NCBI RefSeq assembly: GCF_000143415.4
Contig: NW_003314265.1
Location: 1,446,446 to 1,510,445, forward strand
Direction: 5' to 3'
Length of the DNA: 64,000 bases
Origin: Selaginella moellendorffii
Lineage: Eukaryota; Plantae; Lycopodiophyta
How positions within the stretch are numbered: the first letter of the stretch is position 1; each line of letters begins with the position of its first letter. The translations under genes and the position numbers were made by a program. Under the pieces are notes generated by a model that did no database searches, was not told the DNA's origin, and saw nothing but the letters and a program-made list of their open reading frames with translations. Positions 35,694-49,280 of the stretch are shown piece by piece.

Positions 35694-38600
35694 TGTAAGC
35701 GACTAAATTTTCCATTCTACTTTAGTCACTTAGCCACACCTCTGACCACTTGGAGGAGTCTCATTCACAACCTCCATAAGTCCAATCCAGGACTTGGGAC
35801 TTGCTAGCCCCGCGAATGGCATCCATGCCACTCAACATTTGCACTTGGTCCAAGTGCTCCACGTGTCCGATCCCATGACCGACACTCGAAGGTACCACCG
35901 ACATAGCAGCCCGTTACGCTAAGGCCATGCCCAATCACCTTTGCCACACTGGTAGTCCAATACCACTTGCATCACCGTCTTGGCTCTCCAAGACTAGGCA
36001 AACCATCTGTGAGTGGTCATCTCAGATCCACTCCTTAGCATCCTTAGGATGCCCACCGACAAGGGGAATAGCCTTCCCCAATATCCCTCTGTCAGTCCCC
36101 ACTAAGTCCCTTTCTGCCCCTGGCCGTGTTTGCCAACACTGCCACTGGATCGAGGCCCACAGGCCCGACCACTAAGTCCCACGGTCCTCTGGGACTTCCT
36201 CACCACCCGACTGTGTCCTTGGTCACTACCCCAGAGGACTGCTCCTCTTCCTTTCCACAGTCTGGGCCTTTGGGACAACATTTCGGAACACCGTGGCCTT
36301 ACGCGAGCCACCTGGGTACTCTCCTCGCCTTCTGCCCTTGGGTGCTCTAGCCATGGGATTAGAGCGGGTTCCGTTGAGCCACACCAGGTATCCAAGTAGG
36401 TAGTGCCACCCACACTTGGATTGGGAGCATCGGCCAGTCGATCTCCCGGGGGAACTAGAGCCGGCTCTTGAACACTTCACCAAGCTACCCCGCTTGTCGG
36501 TCTGTGTTCACTCTAGTCTTGGACTTCTCAGTGGGCAACTCATCACCCAACACTGGGTCCGGCCTTCCTGGGCCAAACTGGCCTTTCCTGGCCAAACTGG
36601 CTCCACTGCAGTCCTCCCCCTACTATACTTTTGGAGCTCACCAAACCCCCCAGGGTCTGGGAGACGAACGCTTTGGGCTTTCACCCTCTCAGGCTCCGGA
36701 CTCGGACTCGGACTCGGACTCGGACTCGGATTCGGACTCGGACTCGGGCTCGGGCTCGGTCTCGGCCTCGGCCTCGGTCTCGGTCTCGGTCCCGATCTCA
36801 GTCTCGGTCTCGGTCTCGGTCCCGGTCTCGGTCTCGACTTCGGACTCCATCTCGGACTCCATCTCGGACTCCATCTCGGGTCCATCTCAGGTCCATCTCG
36901 GACTCCATCTCGAACTCCATCTCGGGTCCATCTCGGACTCCATCTCGGACTCCATCTCGGGTCCATCTCAGGTCCACCTCGGACTCCATCTCGGACTCCA
37001 TCTTGAACTCCATCTCGGACTCCATCTCGGACTCCATCTCGGGTCCAGCTCGGACTCCACTTCGGACTCCAACTCGGGTCCATCTCGGGTCCACCTTGGA
37101 CTCCACTTTGGACTCCATCTCGGACTCCATCTCGGGTCCGTCTCGGACTCCACTTCGGACTCCAACTCGGGTCCATCTCGGACTCCTCTTTGGACTCCAA
37201 CTCGGGTCCATCTCGGACTCCACTTCGGACTCCAACTCGGGTCCATCTCGGACTCCACTTCGGACTCCAACTCGAGTCCATCTCGGACACTCCCACGTGT
37301 CATGTGTTGGTCCTTTTGGGTCCCTTTTTGGAGCCTCGCCTTTTGCTCGCTTCGTGCTCGTTCCTCGAGCACTTCGTTGGGAGTTCCACTCCCGCTCTTG
37401 ACTTTTCAAGTTGGAGCTTTTGGTCCAAACGTGTTACGCTCGTTTGGCTCTCGCTTCAGCCACTACCATGTGGTGCCCTTCCGGCTCCACTTTGGGGCCT
37501 AGGGATTTTGTGTCTCACAACTCCACCACCCATAGACGAAGTTCGATGTCCTCATCGAACGGTAAACCATTTTGTAAAGTAACACTCGCATGTGTTACCA
37601 TTTCCATCCTTAGCACCTAGCCAATATTTGTCAAGGGTTTGACATTGAAGGCTCACCATGCCTTTTGCATATGCCTCAATGGTTTGACACCAAAGGCTCA
37701 CCATGCCTTGCCTATCCTCTAAGGAGGGTAGTCTCTCCAACTTGGAGACTGATTGGACCACATGTAGTGGTTTTCTCCTTTTATTGGTTTAGTTCTCACT
37801 AAACCTCTTAGAGACCCTTCTCTAAGTCAATCCCACTACTCCTTCTCGAGTAGTCTTAATTTTCATCTATTGAATATTTGCACCTTGAAACTTTTACTCT
37901 TTTGACTTTTTGAAGTCAATTTCCTAGGTGTCTCCAACACCTTGCATTGCACAGATTGTGCAACTCCACTTCCCTATCCTAGGAAGTTCATTACTTGAGG
38001 GCACCATCATCCTCTCTTCTATTTCGTGCCACCTTGGGCACTAAGTTCCATTTATCACACTTTGTGCTAGGGTTGTCCATCGCCCTATCATTTGGCTACC
38101 TTACCGCTCCCTCCCTTGGAGCTTCCACTTTTGCCAAATCGGAGCAATTCGGAATCCATCCTTGGAAACACACTTCCTTTCCCGCAATTTGTTAGCGTCT
38201 AACACATTAGTGTTCCTCGCCTAACTTTGCCACTTGGATTCCTTCCAAGAGATTCCACGGCCCTATCCTGGCCACTCATCTTTTGCTCTTATCCGTTGAT
38301 TGTTGCACCCAGCAACACCGAATGTCTACCTCCCCCCTGGAGGTATTCCTTTGATTCCATAGCAAAGGCTTTGCTTTGCCAAGACTAGGGTGTTCACCCC
38401 TAGTAAGTCTCTTTAGCACCTTCTGCTGTGGGCTCTATCCACGGCCCAACTTTGTGACCCTCCCATGGGTCTCTTATAGAGACTACTTTCCTTGCTCACA
38501 CTATGCCATCGCAATGACATAGCTTACTTCCCTAAGGTGCTTTTCCCACTTGGTCACCTTGACCAAGCCACACCATCATCAATAGTTCAAATCAACACTT

Positions 38601-41600
38601 TGAACTAGGAACCTTATTCCTTAACCCAAACAAAGACATTGTCCTTATTTAGCCACAAGATCACCTAGTGATCTCACCTCGGCACTTTAACAGGTTTGCC
38701 AATAGGTACTAGGTCTTCTAGACCTTTAAATTGTTGACTATAACCCCGGGGGCATCCCCCACACTTGGCGGTGCACCCAAGCCAGCCCTTACGGCCAAGG
38801 GTTCATAGCAACTGAGATTAGGTGTCCCCATCTCACTCACCACGTCCTTGGTGCCACTTGCACCAAAGTGTTCAAGTTAGATATGCCAAGCTTTCACACT
38901 AAGCAATCTAACCGTGCATCACGACTCCGAGGCATCCCTCGCTTGGCGGTGTGCCCAAACCAGTCTCCCCACTGAGAGTCCATGACCACCGAAATATGAG
39001 TGTCCTCATATTCCAAACCATCACCACGCCCTAGTGATTTGGGACTCGAACCCAAGCACTAGAGGGTCGGGACTCGAACCCAACCTCCGTATATGCATCT
39101 ACGGACGGCATCACACAAGATGCCTGGCGTGACTCCCCACGCCGGTGCACCAACTTATTTTTAAAGCGCGCTACAGATCACAGCTTAGGAACCTAGTTCC
39201 TCCACACTGCCAAGTCCTCTCACTTGACATGTCTGTGATCATGTATGGACTCCTCCATGCTCGGCCCCATGGCCCACCCTTTTGAAGTTATCACCTTCAA
39301 CTAGGGTCTCTGTTCCCCCGACGTGCCAATCTCACTTGGCAAGTCCTCCAACCATTGTAACATGGTTCCTGCATAAGCGTGAAAGTCCTTGACCATCGAC
39401 TTTCGTTCAAAGCCCTCTCTTTGAACACTCGGGAACTACTTCCCTAACCTTGATAACCTTGCCTCATGGCAAGCTTCAAGACCACGCTCTGCTACGCCAC
39501 TCTCATTTCGCGCGTTCCATGAACCATTTACACTTAGCCTTTCTAGGTACTACGCTACCTAGAATCGTCTTTGGGAACCTTGAAGGAACTCTGTCCCTCA
39601 GCTTGCTAAAGCCTCCCCTTTCGCAAGCTTTATAGTTGCCATATAGTCTAACATGGACAATTCCATATTTTAGACTCTCCATGGCATCACAGTTGCTAGC
39701 AACAACATCCTTGAGCACCCTCTTGATTCTCCACTTCTAACTTTCATAAGCACTGTTGGATATGCCCTTTGATTTCTATGGTTCAGTTCCATCCCAATTG
39801 CCCAGAGAGTGGTTCCTCAATCTGGGTATGCTCACCTTATAATCCCACACACTGGGATTACATTGTTGCTTATGGGCCTTTCCATGCCCATCACTAGCCT
39901 TGCCAAAATTCCATTTTTGGCTTTGTCCAACTCGGGTAGACAGTTCTCTCCTGTCTCCGCAACCTTGGACATTTGGATAGCACCTTCTATCCATCATTCG
40001 CTAGGGACTTAGTCCCTCGGGCTTTATCTATTGCCCTCGCGACATCAAACACCACCTTCTGGTGTTCTAGAGTGTTCGGGTGTCCCAATGATGGCTTTCT
40101 TGACAATGAGTATTTCCTTTTATGACATTGACTTACTATATCGCAACACAAGCAACTTATCCCCAGTAAGGGTATATCCAACTTCCTTATGCTATTAAGA
40201 AGTCTTGGGTAGCTACCTTCTACCCGTTTAACCAGTTATTTTGCACCTCCTGCTTAGTTGCCTCATAGTTGTCAGGTCCTACAACTCATTGCTTGGTGCT
40301 TTCACACCTCCATCATTATCTGGGTCACCACACTCCAACTGCATGCTCTGCAACTTAGGCTATGCCATTCCCATTTCCATTGGGATTCCTTTGGCAAATG
40401 GTTCTCATGAACCCACCAACATAGCCTCAAGGTATCACACCTTGGCAGATTTGGTGTCTCCACACCATCGGCTTCACGAGCCTACCTCTATGACACTTCT
40501 TCTTTGTGTCTAAGTCTCTGCCAAGACCAATACCGCTCTTTCTCATACCAACCATTTGTTAGCACCGCACCATAGAGGTCACACACAACTTTGGGTCAAA
40601 GTTGTTTTCTTTTTGGGAACACCTTTCCCACGACTTTAGCATGGCACATTTTGCCATCGATGAGATACCCTCTGTTCTCATCCTTGGATCCTATGATCCC
40701 CCCCCCCCCCCCCCCCATCCTTTGTGGGGTACAACACACCTCAGTCCAAATGCTTCCATCAGTCCTTTTAGGACCATTCCTTGACTCTACTTGAGTCATC
40801 CAGCAGTTTTGGACTTGGTTAATCCACAGACCCGTAAGGTCCTACTTGTGAGGCACTAGCTCACTGGAATACACTTCTTGCATTCCTGTCCTACTCAAAA
40901 GGACTATTTTCACAAGTGTTACTCCGACACTTGATTTTGTTCTTTGGGGGCAACCTTTGCCCCTTATGACTACTTGTCCATGTGATGAGAACACCAACTC
41001 ATCCACTTAATACACTCCCAACTCCTTGGGTTGTTCCAGCATTTATTAGAGGTAGCCCCGGCTACCTTTTCAAGGACTTGAGTCTTCTTCCGTATTTGAC
41101 CTCCCACGGTCATTACTTCTGGTCTCACATTCATGAGCACCAACCTCAACTATATGAGGAAAATCTTGTGACTCCTTTATTGCTTTGGAGTCTTTATCTT
41201 TCCCGTGATCCCAACTGTAGTTGTTTACCACAACTACATTAGCCAGTTTGTTAAGTCAAACGCTCATCTGGATCACATCCTCAACTCTTTGAGGAAAACC
41301 ATATACTGTTCCCAAGATCCCAAAGTCGTTCCATTATTGGCCCTTTTCTATCCACCACCTTGTCTACAAGTTCACACATGAACTGTAATGGAGAGCCATA
41401 TCTTCCCGACCTGCTACTCCTCAAGGATAGGCCCACTTCTCGGACCTTCCGTTGCCAACACCAGTGGTGATATACTTGAGCACCAATAAAAGTCAGACTA
41501 AGGAACGGCTCCGATACCAAATTGTAAGCGACTAAATTTTCCATTCTACTTTAGTCACTTAGCCACACCTCTGACCACTTGGAGGAGTCTCATTCACAAC

Positions 41601-42613
41601 CTCCATAAGTCCAATCCAGGACTTGGGACTTGCTAGCCCCGCGAATGGCATCCATGCCACTCAACATTTGCACTTGGTCCAAGTGCTCCACGTGTCCGAT
41701 CCCATGACCGACACTCGAAGGTACCACCGACATAGCAGCCCGTTACGCTAAGGCCATGCCCAATCACCTTTGCCACACTGGTAGTCCAATACCACTTGCA
41801 TCACCGTCTTGGCTCTCCAAGACTAGGCAAACCATCTGTGAGTGGTCATCTCAGATCCACTCCTTAGCATCCTTAGGATGCCCACCGACAAGGGGAATAG
41901 CCTTCCCCAATATCCCTCTGTCAGTCCCCATTAAGTCCCTTTCTGCCCCTGGCCGTGTTTGCCAACACTGCCACTGGATCGAGGCCCACAGGCCCGACCA
42001 CTAAGTCCCACGGTCCTCTGGGACTTCCTCACCACCCGACTGTGTCCTTGGTCACTACCCCAGAGGACTGCTCCTCTTCCTTTCCACAGTCTGGGCCTTT
42101 GGGACAACATTTCGGAACACCGTGGCCTTACGCGAGCCACCTGGGTACTCTCCTCGCCTTCTGCCCTTGGGTGCTCTAGCCATGGGCTTAGAGCAGGTTC
42201 CGTTGAGCCACACCAGGTATCCAAGTAGGTAGTGCCACCCACACTTGGATTGGGAGCATCGGCCAGTCGATCTCCCGGGGGAACTAGAGCCGGCTCTTGA
42301 ACACTTCACCAAGCTACCCCGCTTGTCGGTCTGTGTTCACTCTAGTCTTGGACTTCCCAGTGGGCAACTCATCACCCAACACTGGGTCCGGCCTTCCTGG
42401 GCCAAACTGGCCTTTCCTGGCCAAACTGGCTCCACTACAGTCCTCCCCCTACTATCCTTTTGGAGCTCACCAAACCCCCCAGGGTCTGGGAGACGAACGC
42501 TTTGGGCTTTCACCCTCTCAGGCTCCGGACTCGGACTCGGACTCGGACTCGGACTCGGACTCGGACTCGGATTCGGACTCGGACTCGGACTCGGGCTCGG
42601 TCTCGGCCTCGGC

Positions 42614-42650
<37 letters not shown>

Positions 42651-43314
42651 CCGGTCTCGGTCTCGACTTCGGACTCCATCTCGGACTCCATCTCGGACTC
42701 CATCTCGGGTCCATCTCGGACTCCATCTCGGACTCCATCTCGGGTCCATCTCAGGTCCACCTCGGACTCCATCTCGGACTCCATCTTGAACTCCATCTCG
42801 GACTCCATCTCGGACTCCATCTCGGACTCCATCTCGGGTCCAGCTCGGACTCCACTTCGGACTCCAACTTGGGTCCATCTTGGGTCCACCTTGGACTCCA
42901 CTTTGGACTCCATCTCGGACTCCATCTCGGGTCCGTCTCGGACTCCACTTCGGACTCCAACTCGGGTCCATCTCGGACTCCTCTTTGGACTCCAACTCGG
43001 GTCCATCTCGGACTCCACTTCAGACTCCAACTCGGGTCCATCTCGGACTCCACTTCGGACTCCAACTCGAGTCCATCTCGGACACTCCCACATGTCATGT
43101 GTTGGTCCTTTTGGGTCCCTTTTTGGAGCCTCGCCTTTTGCTCGCTTCGTGCTCGTTCCTCGAGCACTTCGTTGGGAGTTCCACTCCCACTCTTGACTTT
43201 TCAAGTCGGAGCTTTTGGTCCAAACGTGTTACGCTCGTTTGGCTCTCGCTTCAGCCACTACCATGTGGCGCCCTTCCGGCTCCACTTTGGGGCCTAGGGA
43301 TTTTGTGTCTCACA
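35694..43314 (-). mobile_element. Family N copy N4 (youngest, structurally complete) nested in N3; LTRs 35694-37519 and 41523-43314
   Basis: Near-identical LTRs; perfect TSD ACACC (35689-35693 and 43315-43319); PBS at 41508-41519; PPT from 37520; ~4.0-kb non-coding interior. Confidence 0.93.
36698..37287. repeat. Compound tandem array inside family-N LTRs (6-bp CTCGGA/CTCGGT, then 12-bp GACTCCATCTCG and 11-bp GGTCCATCTCG units)
   Basis: Also at ~6340-6605, 11920-12425, 31628-32190, 42527-43082 and 45281-45742, with variable copy number. Confidence 0.95.
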
Positions 43315-43860
43315 ACACCTCAATCCAAATGCTTTCCTCAAGCCTTTAGGATTATTCCTTGACTCTATTGGAGTCATTCAACCTTTTGGACTTTGTTAAT
43401 CCGACGACCCATGAGGTCCTACTTTTGAGGTGCTAGCTCACTGGAATACAACTCCTTGTATTCATGTCCTACTCACAAGGACCATCTTTTGCAAGTGTTA
43501 TTTCGACACTTGATTTGTTCTCTAGAGGCAACCTTTCGCCCCTTATGACCACTTGTCCATGTGATGAGAATACCAACTCATCCTCCAAATACACCCCCAA
43601 CTCCTTGGGTTGTTCCAGCATTTATTAGAGGTAGCATTGGCTACCATTTCAAGGACTTGTGTCCTCTTCTGTATTTGACCTCCCGCGGTCATTACTTCTA
43701 GTCTCAAATTCATGAGCACCAGCCTCCACTTCATGAAGGTAATCTTGTGACTTCTTTATCGTTTTGGAGTCTCTATCTTCCCTGTGATCCCAACTATAGT
43801 TGTTTACCACAACTACATTAGCTAGTTTGCTGAGTCAAATGCTCATCTGGATCACATTCT

Positions 43861-44053
43861 TGTTAGCAACCAAAGGGAACGACTCGAGAGACGATCCATG
43901 GGGTTCAAATATAGAGGGAAAGGGCCCATGAACAAGAGTGCACCCCTTTTCCAATTGGTTAAAGGTCTTGGGATAGTTGGAGTTAAGTGTCCTTGGGTTT
44001 GAATAGTACTGGGTTGGGTGACCTCCCGGGAAGTCCAAATTCAGGAGCTTACA
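43861..44053 (+). mobile_element. Cassandra-like TRIM solo LTR (193 bp) with a 5S rRNA-related segment, inserted in N3
   Basis: TG..CA termini; TSD ATTCT/ATCCT; AGTTAAGTGTCCTTGGG..TAGTACTGGGTTGGGTGACCTCCCGGGAAGTCC at 43981-44036 resembles the 5S A-box/IE/C-box region. Confidence 0.85.
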
Positions 44054-45384
44054 ATCCTCAACTCATTGAGGAAAACCTTGCACTATTCCCAAGATCCCAA
44101 AGTCGTTCCATTATTGGCCCTTTTTCTATCCACCACCCCACCTACAAGTTCATACATGAACTGTAATGGAGAGCCATGTCTTCCCGACCTGCTACTCCTC
44201 AAGGATAGGCCCACTCCTCGAACGTCCTGATGCAAACATCAGTGGTAATATACTTGAGCACCAATAAAAGTTGGACTAAGGAATAGCTCCGATACCAAAT
44301 TGTAAGCGACTAAATTTTTCCATTCTACTTTAGTCACTTAACCGCACCTTTGACCACTTGGAGGAGTCTCATTCACAACCTCCATAAGTCCCACTCAGGA
44401 CTTGGGGCTTGCTAGCCCCGAGAATGGCATCCATGCCACTCAACCTTTGCACTTGGTCCAAGTGCTCCATGTATCCGGTCCCATGACCGACACCCCAAGG
44501 TACTACCGACATATCAGCCCGTTATGCTAAGGCCATGCCCATTCACCTTGGTCACATCGGTGGTCTGACACCACCTACATTACAATCCCGTCTCTCAAAA
44601 ACTAGGCCATCCATCCATGAGTGGCTATCCCAGATCCACTCCATAGCATCCTTAGGATGCCTGCAGACATGGGGAATAACATTCCCCAATGTCTCCTTTC
44701 CGGTCCCCACCAAGTCCCTTCCTATCCATGGCCGTGTTCAGCAACACTGCCACTCGATCAAGGCCCACAGACCCGACCACTAAGTCCAACTGTCCTCTAG
44801 GACTTCCTCACTGTGTGACTGTGTCCCTGGTCACCACACTAGAGGGCTACTCCTCTTCCTTTCAACAATCTGGGACTTTGGGGCAACATTTCGGAACACC
44901 GTGGCCCTACACGGGCTTCATGGGTACTCTCCTCGCCTTCTGCCTCTGGGTGCTCTAGCCAGGGGCTTAGAGCGAGGTTCCGTTGAGCCACACCAAGTAT
45001 CCAAGTAGGTAGTGCCACCCACACTTGGATTGGGAGCATCGGCCAGTCGATCTCTCGGGGGAACTAGAGCCGGCTCTTGAACACTTCACCAACCTACCCC
45101 GCTGGTCGGTCCGTGTTCACTCTAGTCTTGGACTTCCTAGTGGGCAGCTCATCACCCAACACTAGGTCCGGCCTTTTTGGGCCAAACTGGCTCCACTACA
45201 ATCCTCCCCCTACTATACTTTTGGAGCTCACCAAACCCCCCAGGGTCTGGGAGACGAACGCTTTGGGCTTTCACCCTCTCAGACTCGAACTCGGACTCGG
45301 ACTCGGACTCGGACTCGGGCTCAGTCTCGGCCTCAGTCTCGGTCTCGGTCTTGGTCTTGGTCTCGGTCTTGGTCTTGGTCCCGA

Positions 45385-45422
<38 letters not shown>

Positions 45423-47467
45423 CCGGTCTTGGTCTCGACTTCGGACTCCATCTCAGGTCCATCTCGGACTCCATCTCGGGTCCATCTTGGACTCCACCTC
45501 GGGTCCATCTCGGACTCCATCTTGGGTCCATCTCGGATCCATCTCGGACTCCATCTCGAGTCCATCTCGGACTCCATCTCGGACTCCATCTCGGGTCCAT
45601 TTCAGGTCCATCTCGGACTCCGTCTCGGGTCCGTCTCAGACTCAATCTCGGATCTATTTCGGGTCCACCTCGGACTCCATATCGTGGTCCTTCTCGGACT
45701 CCACTTCGGACTCCAACTCGGGTCCATCTCGGGTCCATCTTGAACAATTCCACGTGTCATGAGTTGGTCCTTTTGGGTCCTTTTTTGGAGCCTCTCTTAT
45801 TGCTCGCTTCGTGCTCATTCCTCGAGCACTTCATTGGGAGTTCCACTCCCACTCTTGACCTTTTCAAGTCGGAGCTTTTAGTCCAAACGTGTTACGCTCA
45901 TTTGGTTTTCGCTTTGGCCACTACCACGTGGCACCCTCTCGGCTCCACTTTGGGGCCTAGGGATTTTGTGTCTCACACTTACCTACAAGTTCACATATGA
46001 ATTGTAATGGAGAGCTATGTCCTCCCAATTTGCAACTCCTCAAGGAAAAGCCCACTCCAAGGACTTTCTGATGCCAACACAAGTGGTGATATATTTGAGC
46101 ATTAATAATAATCAGATTAAGGAACAGCTTCGATATCAACTTGTAAGTGACTAATTTTTCCATTCTACTTTAGTCACTTCACCACACCTCCAACTACTTG
46201 GAGGAGTCTCATTCACAACCTCCATAAGTCTAATCCAGGACTAAGGGCTTGCTAGCCTCAAGAATGGCATCCTTGCCACTCAAACTTTATACTTGGTCCA
46301 AGTGTTCCACGTGTCCAATCCCATAACCAACATTTAAAGGTACCACTAACATATCAACCCGTTACGCTAAGGCCATGCCTTTTCACCTTTGTCACACTGG
46401 TGATCCAATACCACTTGAATCACAATTTTATCTCTCAAAGGCTAGGCCATCTGTACATGAGTGGTCATCCCAAATCCACCCTTTAGTATCCTTAGAATGC
46501 CCACAGATATGGGGAACAACCTTCCCCAAGATCCCTTTTCCAGTCCCTACCAAGTCCCTTTCTGTCCATGGCTATATTCGCCAATATTGCCATTGGGTCA
46601 AGGCCCACAAGTTTGACTATTGGGTCCCACTATCGTTTGGGACTTCTTTACTATATGACCATATCCTTAATCACTACATTAGAGGACCATTCCTCTTCCT
46701 TTTCACAAATTAGGACTTTATGACAACATTTTGGAACACTGTGGCCCTATGCGAGCCTCATGGGTATTTTCCCACTTTCTGCCTTTTGGTGCTTTAGCCA
46801 TGGGCTTAGAGTAAGGTTCTATTGAGCCACGCCAGATATCCAAGTAAGTAGTGCCACCCATACTTGGACTGGGAGCATTAACCATTCGATCTCCCAAGGG
46901 AATTAAAGCCAACTCTTGAACACTTCACCAAGTTACCCCGTTTGTCGGTTCGTATTCACTCTAACCTTGGACTTCCCAATAGTTATCCTATCACCCAACA
47001 TTTGGGTACAGCCTTCTTGGGCCAAACTGGCCTTTTCTAGCCAAACTGGCTCCTCTAGGGTCCAACCCCCACATTCTCCCTGCTATACTTTTGGAATCCC
47101 CTACAGCCCCCCCACCCCCTCGGGGAACAAACACTTTGGGTTTTCACCCAATATCCTATATTAGTATTTGGACTCGGACTCGGACTCGAACTCGGACTTG
47201 GACTTGGACTCGGCAAGTGTTGGATATGGGGAGCTGGTGTTTTTAGGATTGAGATTGTACTAAACCCTCATTTTGTAATAGAATTAACTTGGAGTTCAAC
47301 TCCAAATTTAGATCCGCTATAGTCTTTTTTGGAAATTACTTTCTTGGTCTTACAATACCATTGTATTTTACATATCATTTCACCTAAATGTCTTTTCCAC
47401 TTGGTCTTTTTAACCAAATCACACCATACCACTTGTTCAAACCATTTCTTTGAACTAAGAATATTGT

Positions 47468-48069
47468 TGTAACAAATTAAAGAGAACAATTTGAAAGATG
47501 ATTTATAAGGGTTTAAATATAAAGAAAAATGTCCTATGAATAATTGTGCACCTCTTTTTCCAATTGGTTAAAAGGTCTTAGGATACTTAGGATTGAACGT
47601 CCTTTGGCTTGAATAGTATTGGGTTAAATAACTTCTTGGGATGTCCAAATTCAAGAATTTACATTTGGTATTAAAGAGGTTTTGAATATGACTTTATTGG
47701 TTGGTTAGACGAATTACACGGATTGATATTTTGTACATATATTTTTCTTTTAGTTGCGCTCAACTCGAGGGGTAGGGGGTCAAACTCTATTAATTGGTTA
47801 AAAGAATCATACCACATCTTAAAATTGATATCTGGTAGGTCAAATTTACCTTTGGTTGGGCTCAACTTATCAAAAGAGCAGGGCTCTTGGGAGAGGATTA
47901 ACAATTCATAAGGGTTCAAATATAAAGTGAAAAGGCTTATAAATAAAAGTGCATCCCTTTCTTTTTAATTAGTTAAAGTTCTTGGGATACTTGGGGTTAA
48001 ATGTTTCTAGATTTAAATAGTACTGAGGGTTGGATGACCTCTTGGGAAGTTTAAATTCATAAGCTTACA
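47468..48069 (+). mobile_element. Decayed two-LTR Cassandra-like TRIM
   Basis: Two diverged copies of the 43861-44053 LTR (~47468-47663 and ~47900-48069); degenerate PBS TGGTATTAAAG at 47666; ~230-bp interior ending in purine-rich GGGAGAGGA. Confidence 0.75.
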
Positions 48070-48119
48070 TTTGTTCTTTAACACAATAATGAGTCTGTTT
48101 TTAATTAATCAACTATAAG

Positions 48120-49280
48120 ATCACTAAACCCAAGCTTGATACCATGCTAGCTAATGGAGTATGTATATCCTTGTGTTAGGCCACTAATATGTTAAAATAA
48201 CACTAAATTTCATTTACCTTTATTTACATATTAGTCATAATATTGGGATGTTAGATAGAGCATGCATCAATGAAGATATTAATCTTTTCAAGGGGGGGAG
48301 CATGTTGTGAATGTGATTATAAATATCAAAAGTTACAGATTAATGAGTCCTTTCAAATATTCTTTTCTACTACTATGATAACAAAAGATTAATATTGTTA
48401 ATTCCTTTTGTTAGTCCCTCTTGTTCAATTGTAGTAAATTAAGTTTAGCATTTGTACTTAGCTAAATAAACATAAAGTAAAAACTCCTATATATTTCTTG
48501 CTAAGCATATTCAACCTAACTTTGACATAACAAGAACCCTAGCATATTAAGCATTAGTCTCTCAATATTGCTATATAATAGATTACTATATTTGCTAAAT
48601 ACTCTCACTATCATACCTTACATGTTGGTCGTATTTCAGTCTTATTAAATATTTATAGAATATGTTTAGAAACATATCTATAGAATGTAGAGATTATTTT
48701 AAACACAATTGAGGGTTATAAGGGGTTTCAAATGTATAATAGAGATAGTGAGTAAATCAAATATGGCCTACCAACTTGAGACATTTTATAGCTCCCCAAT
48801 ATTTGTTCTTGTTTTGCATTTGCCTTAGGCCTAAGCCTAAATTCCATACCATGTTAGTTGGTGGGAAACCCATACTCTCGTATTAAGCCATTAATACGCT
48901 AAAATAACATTAGTCTTTATTTGGCTTTATTTTACTTGCTAGTCTTATAATAAAATACTGATTAAGTAAATTCTAGGATTAAAAGTTCAAAGTGTTGGGA
49001 TACTAGATGCTCTAAAATTAATCTAATATTACTCCATGTTCCTGTTCTTTCACTCCTTGGCTATATGTTTGAAAGTTGCTTTATACTTCTACTCCTTCAC
49101 TCCTTAGTTGTATATTTAGGAGTTGTTTTATGTTACAATTTTTTCACTCTTTAATTATATGCTTGAGAGTTTAGCTCTATCCTTTCATTATATAAAGCCC
49201 TAAAACTTGAATCCCACTCTATTGCCCTTGGCACACATGTTCAAGAGTTAGGTTTCACTCCATAGTTATCTTATAATAAT
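48120..49280. repeat. AT-rich degenerate repeat/LTR remnants
   Basis: 48135-48230 resembles 48835-48935; PPT-like AGGGGGGGAG followed by TGTTG at ~48291-48307; ~45-bp degenerate tandem units at 49045-49270. Confidence 0.35.

Larger units (their letters stand above)
30647..45977 (-). mobile_element. Family N copy N3 nested in N2; LTRs 30647-32423 and 44301-45977
   Basis: Paired similar LTRs; PBS (TGGTATCGGAGC on the - strand) at 44286-44297; PPT at 32424-32437; TSD imperfect (CTTTT/CTTAC). Confidence 0.88.
25955..47213 (-). mobile_element. Family N copy N2 (outermost, oldest): 3' LTR missing; internal region 25955-30646 and 45978-46141; truncated 5' LTR 46142-~47213
   Basis: Reverse-complement similarity to 7637-11510; degenerate PBS before TGTAAGTGAC at 46142. 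Confidence 0.82.

Noticed and set aside
36416-37502. Long ORFs rich in RS, SD, GL or PS repeats (also near 6.0-7.0, 11.6-12.7, 31.4-32.6, 42.2-43.3 and 45.1-46.0 kb) as SR-like protein genes
   Set aside because: They are translations of stop-poor tandem arrays inside LTRs, open in most frames and frameshifted between copies
43981-44036. 5S rRNA gene
   Set aside because: Only a ~56-nt diverged internal segment, embedded in a TG..CA LTR with a TSD; no 5S ends or T-run terminator
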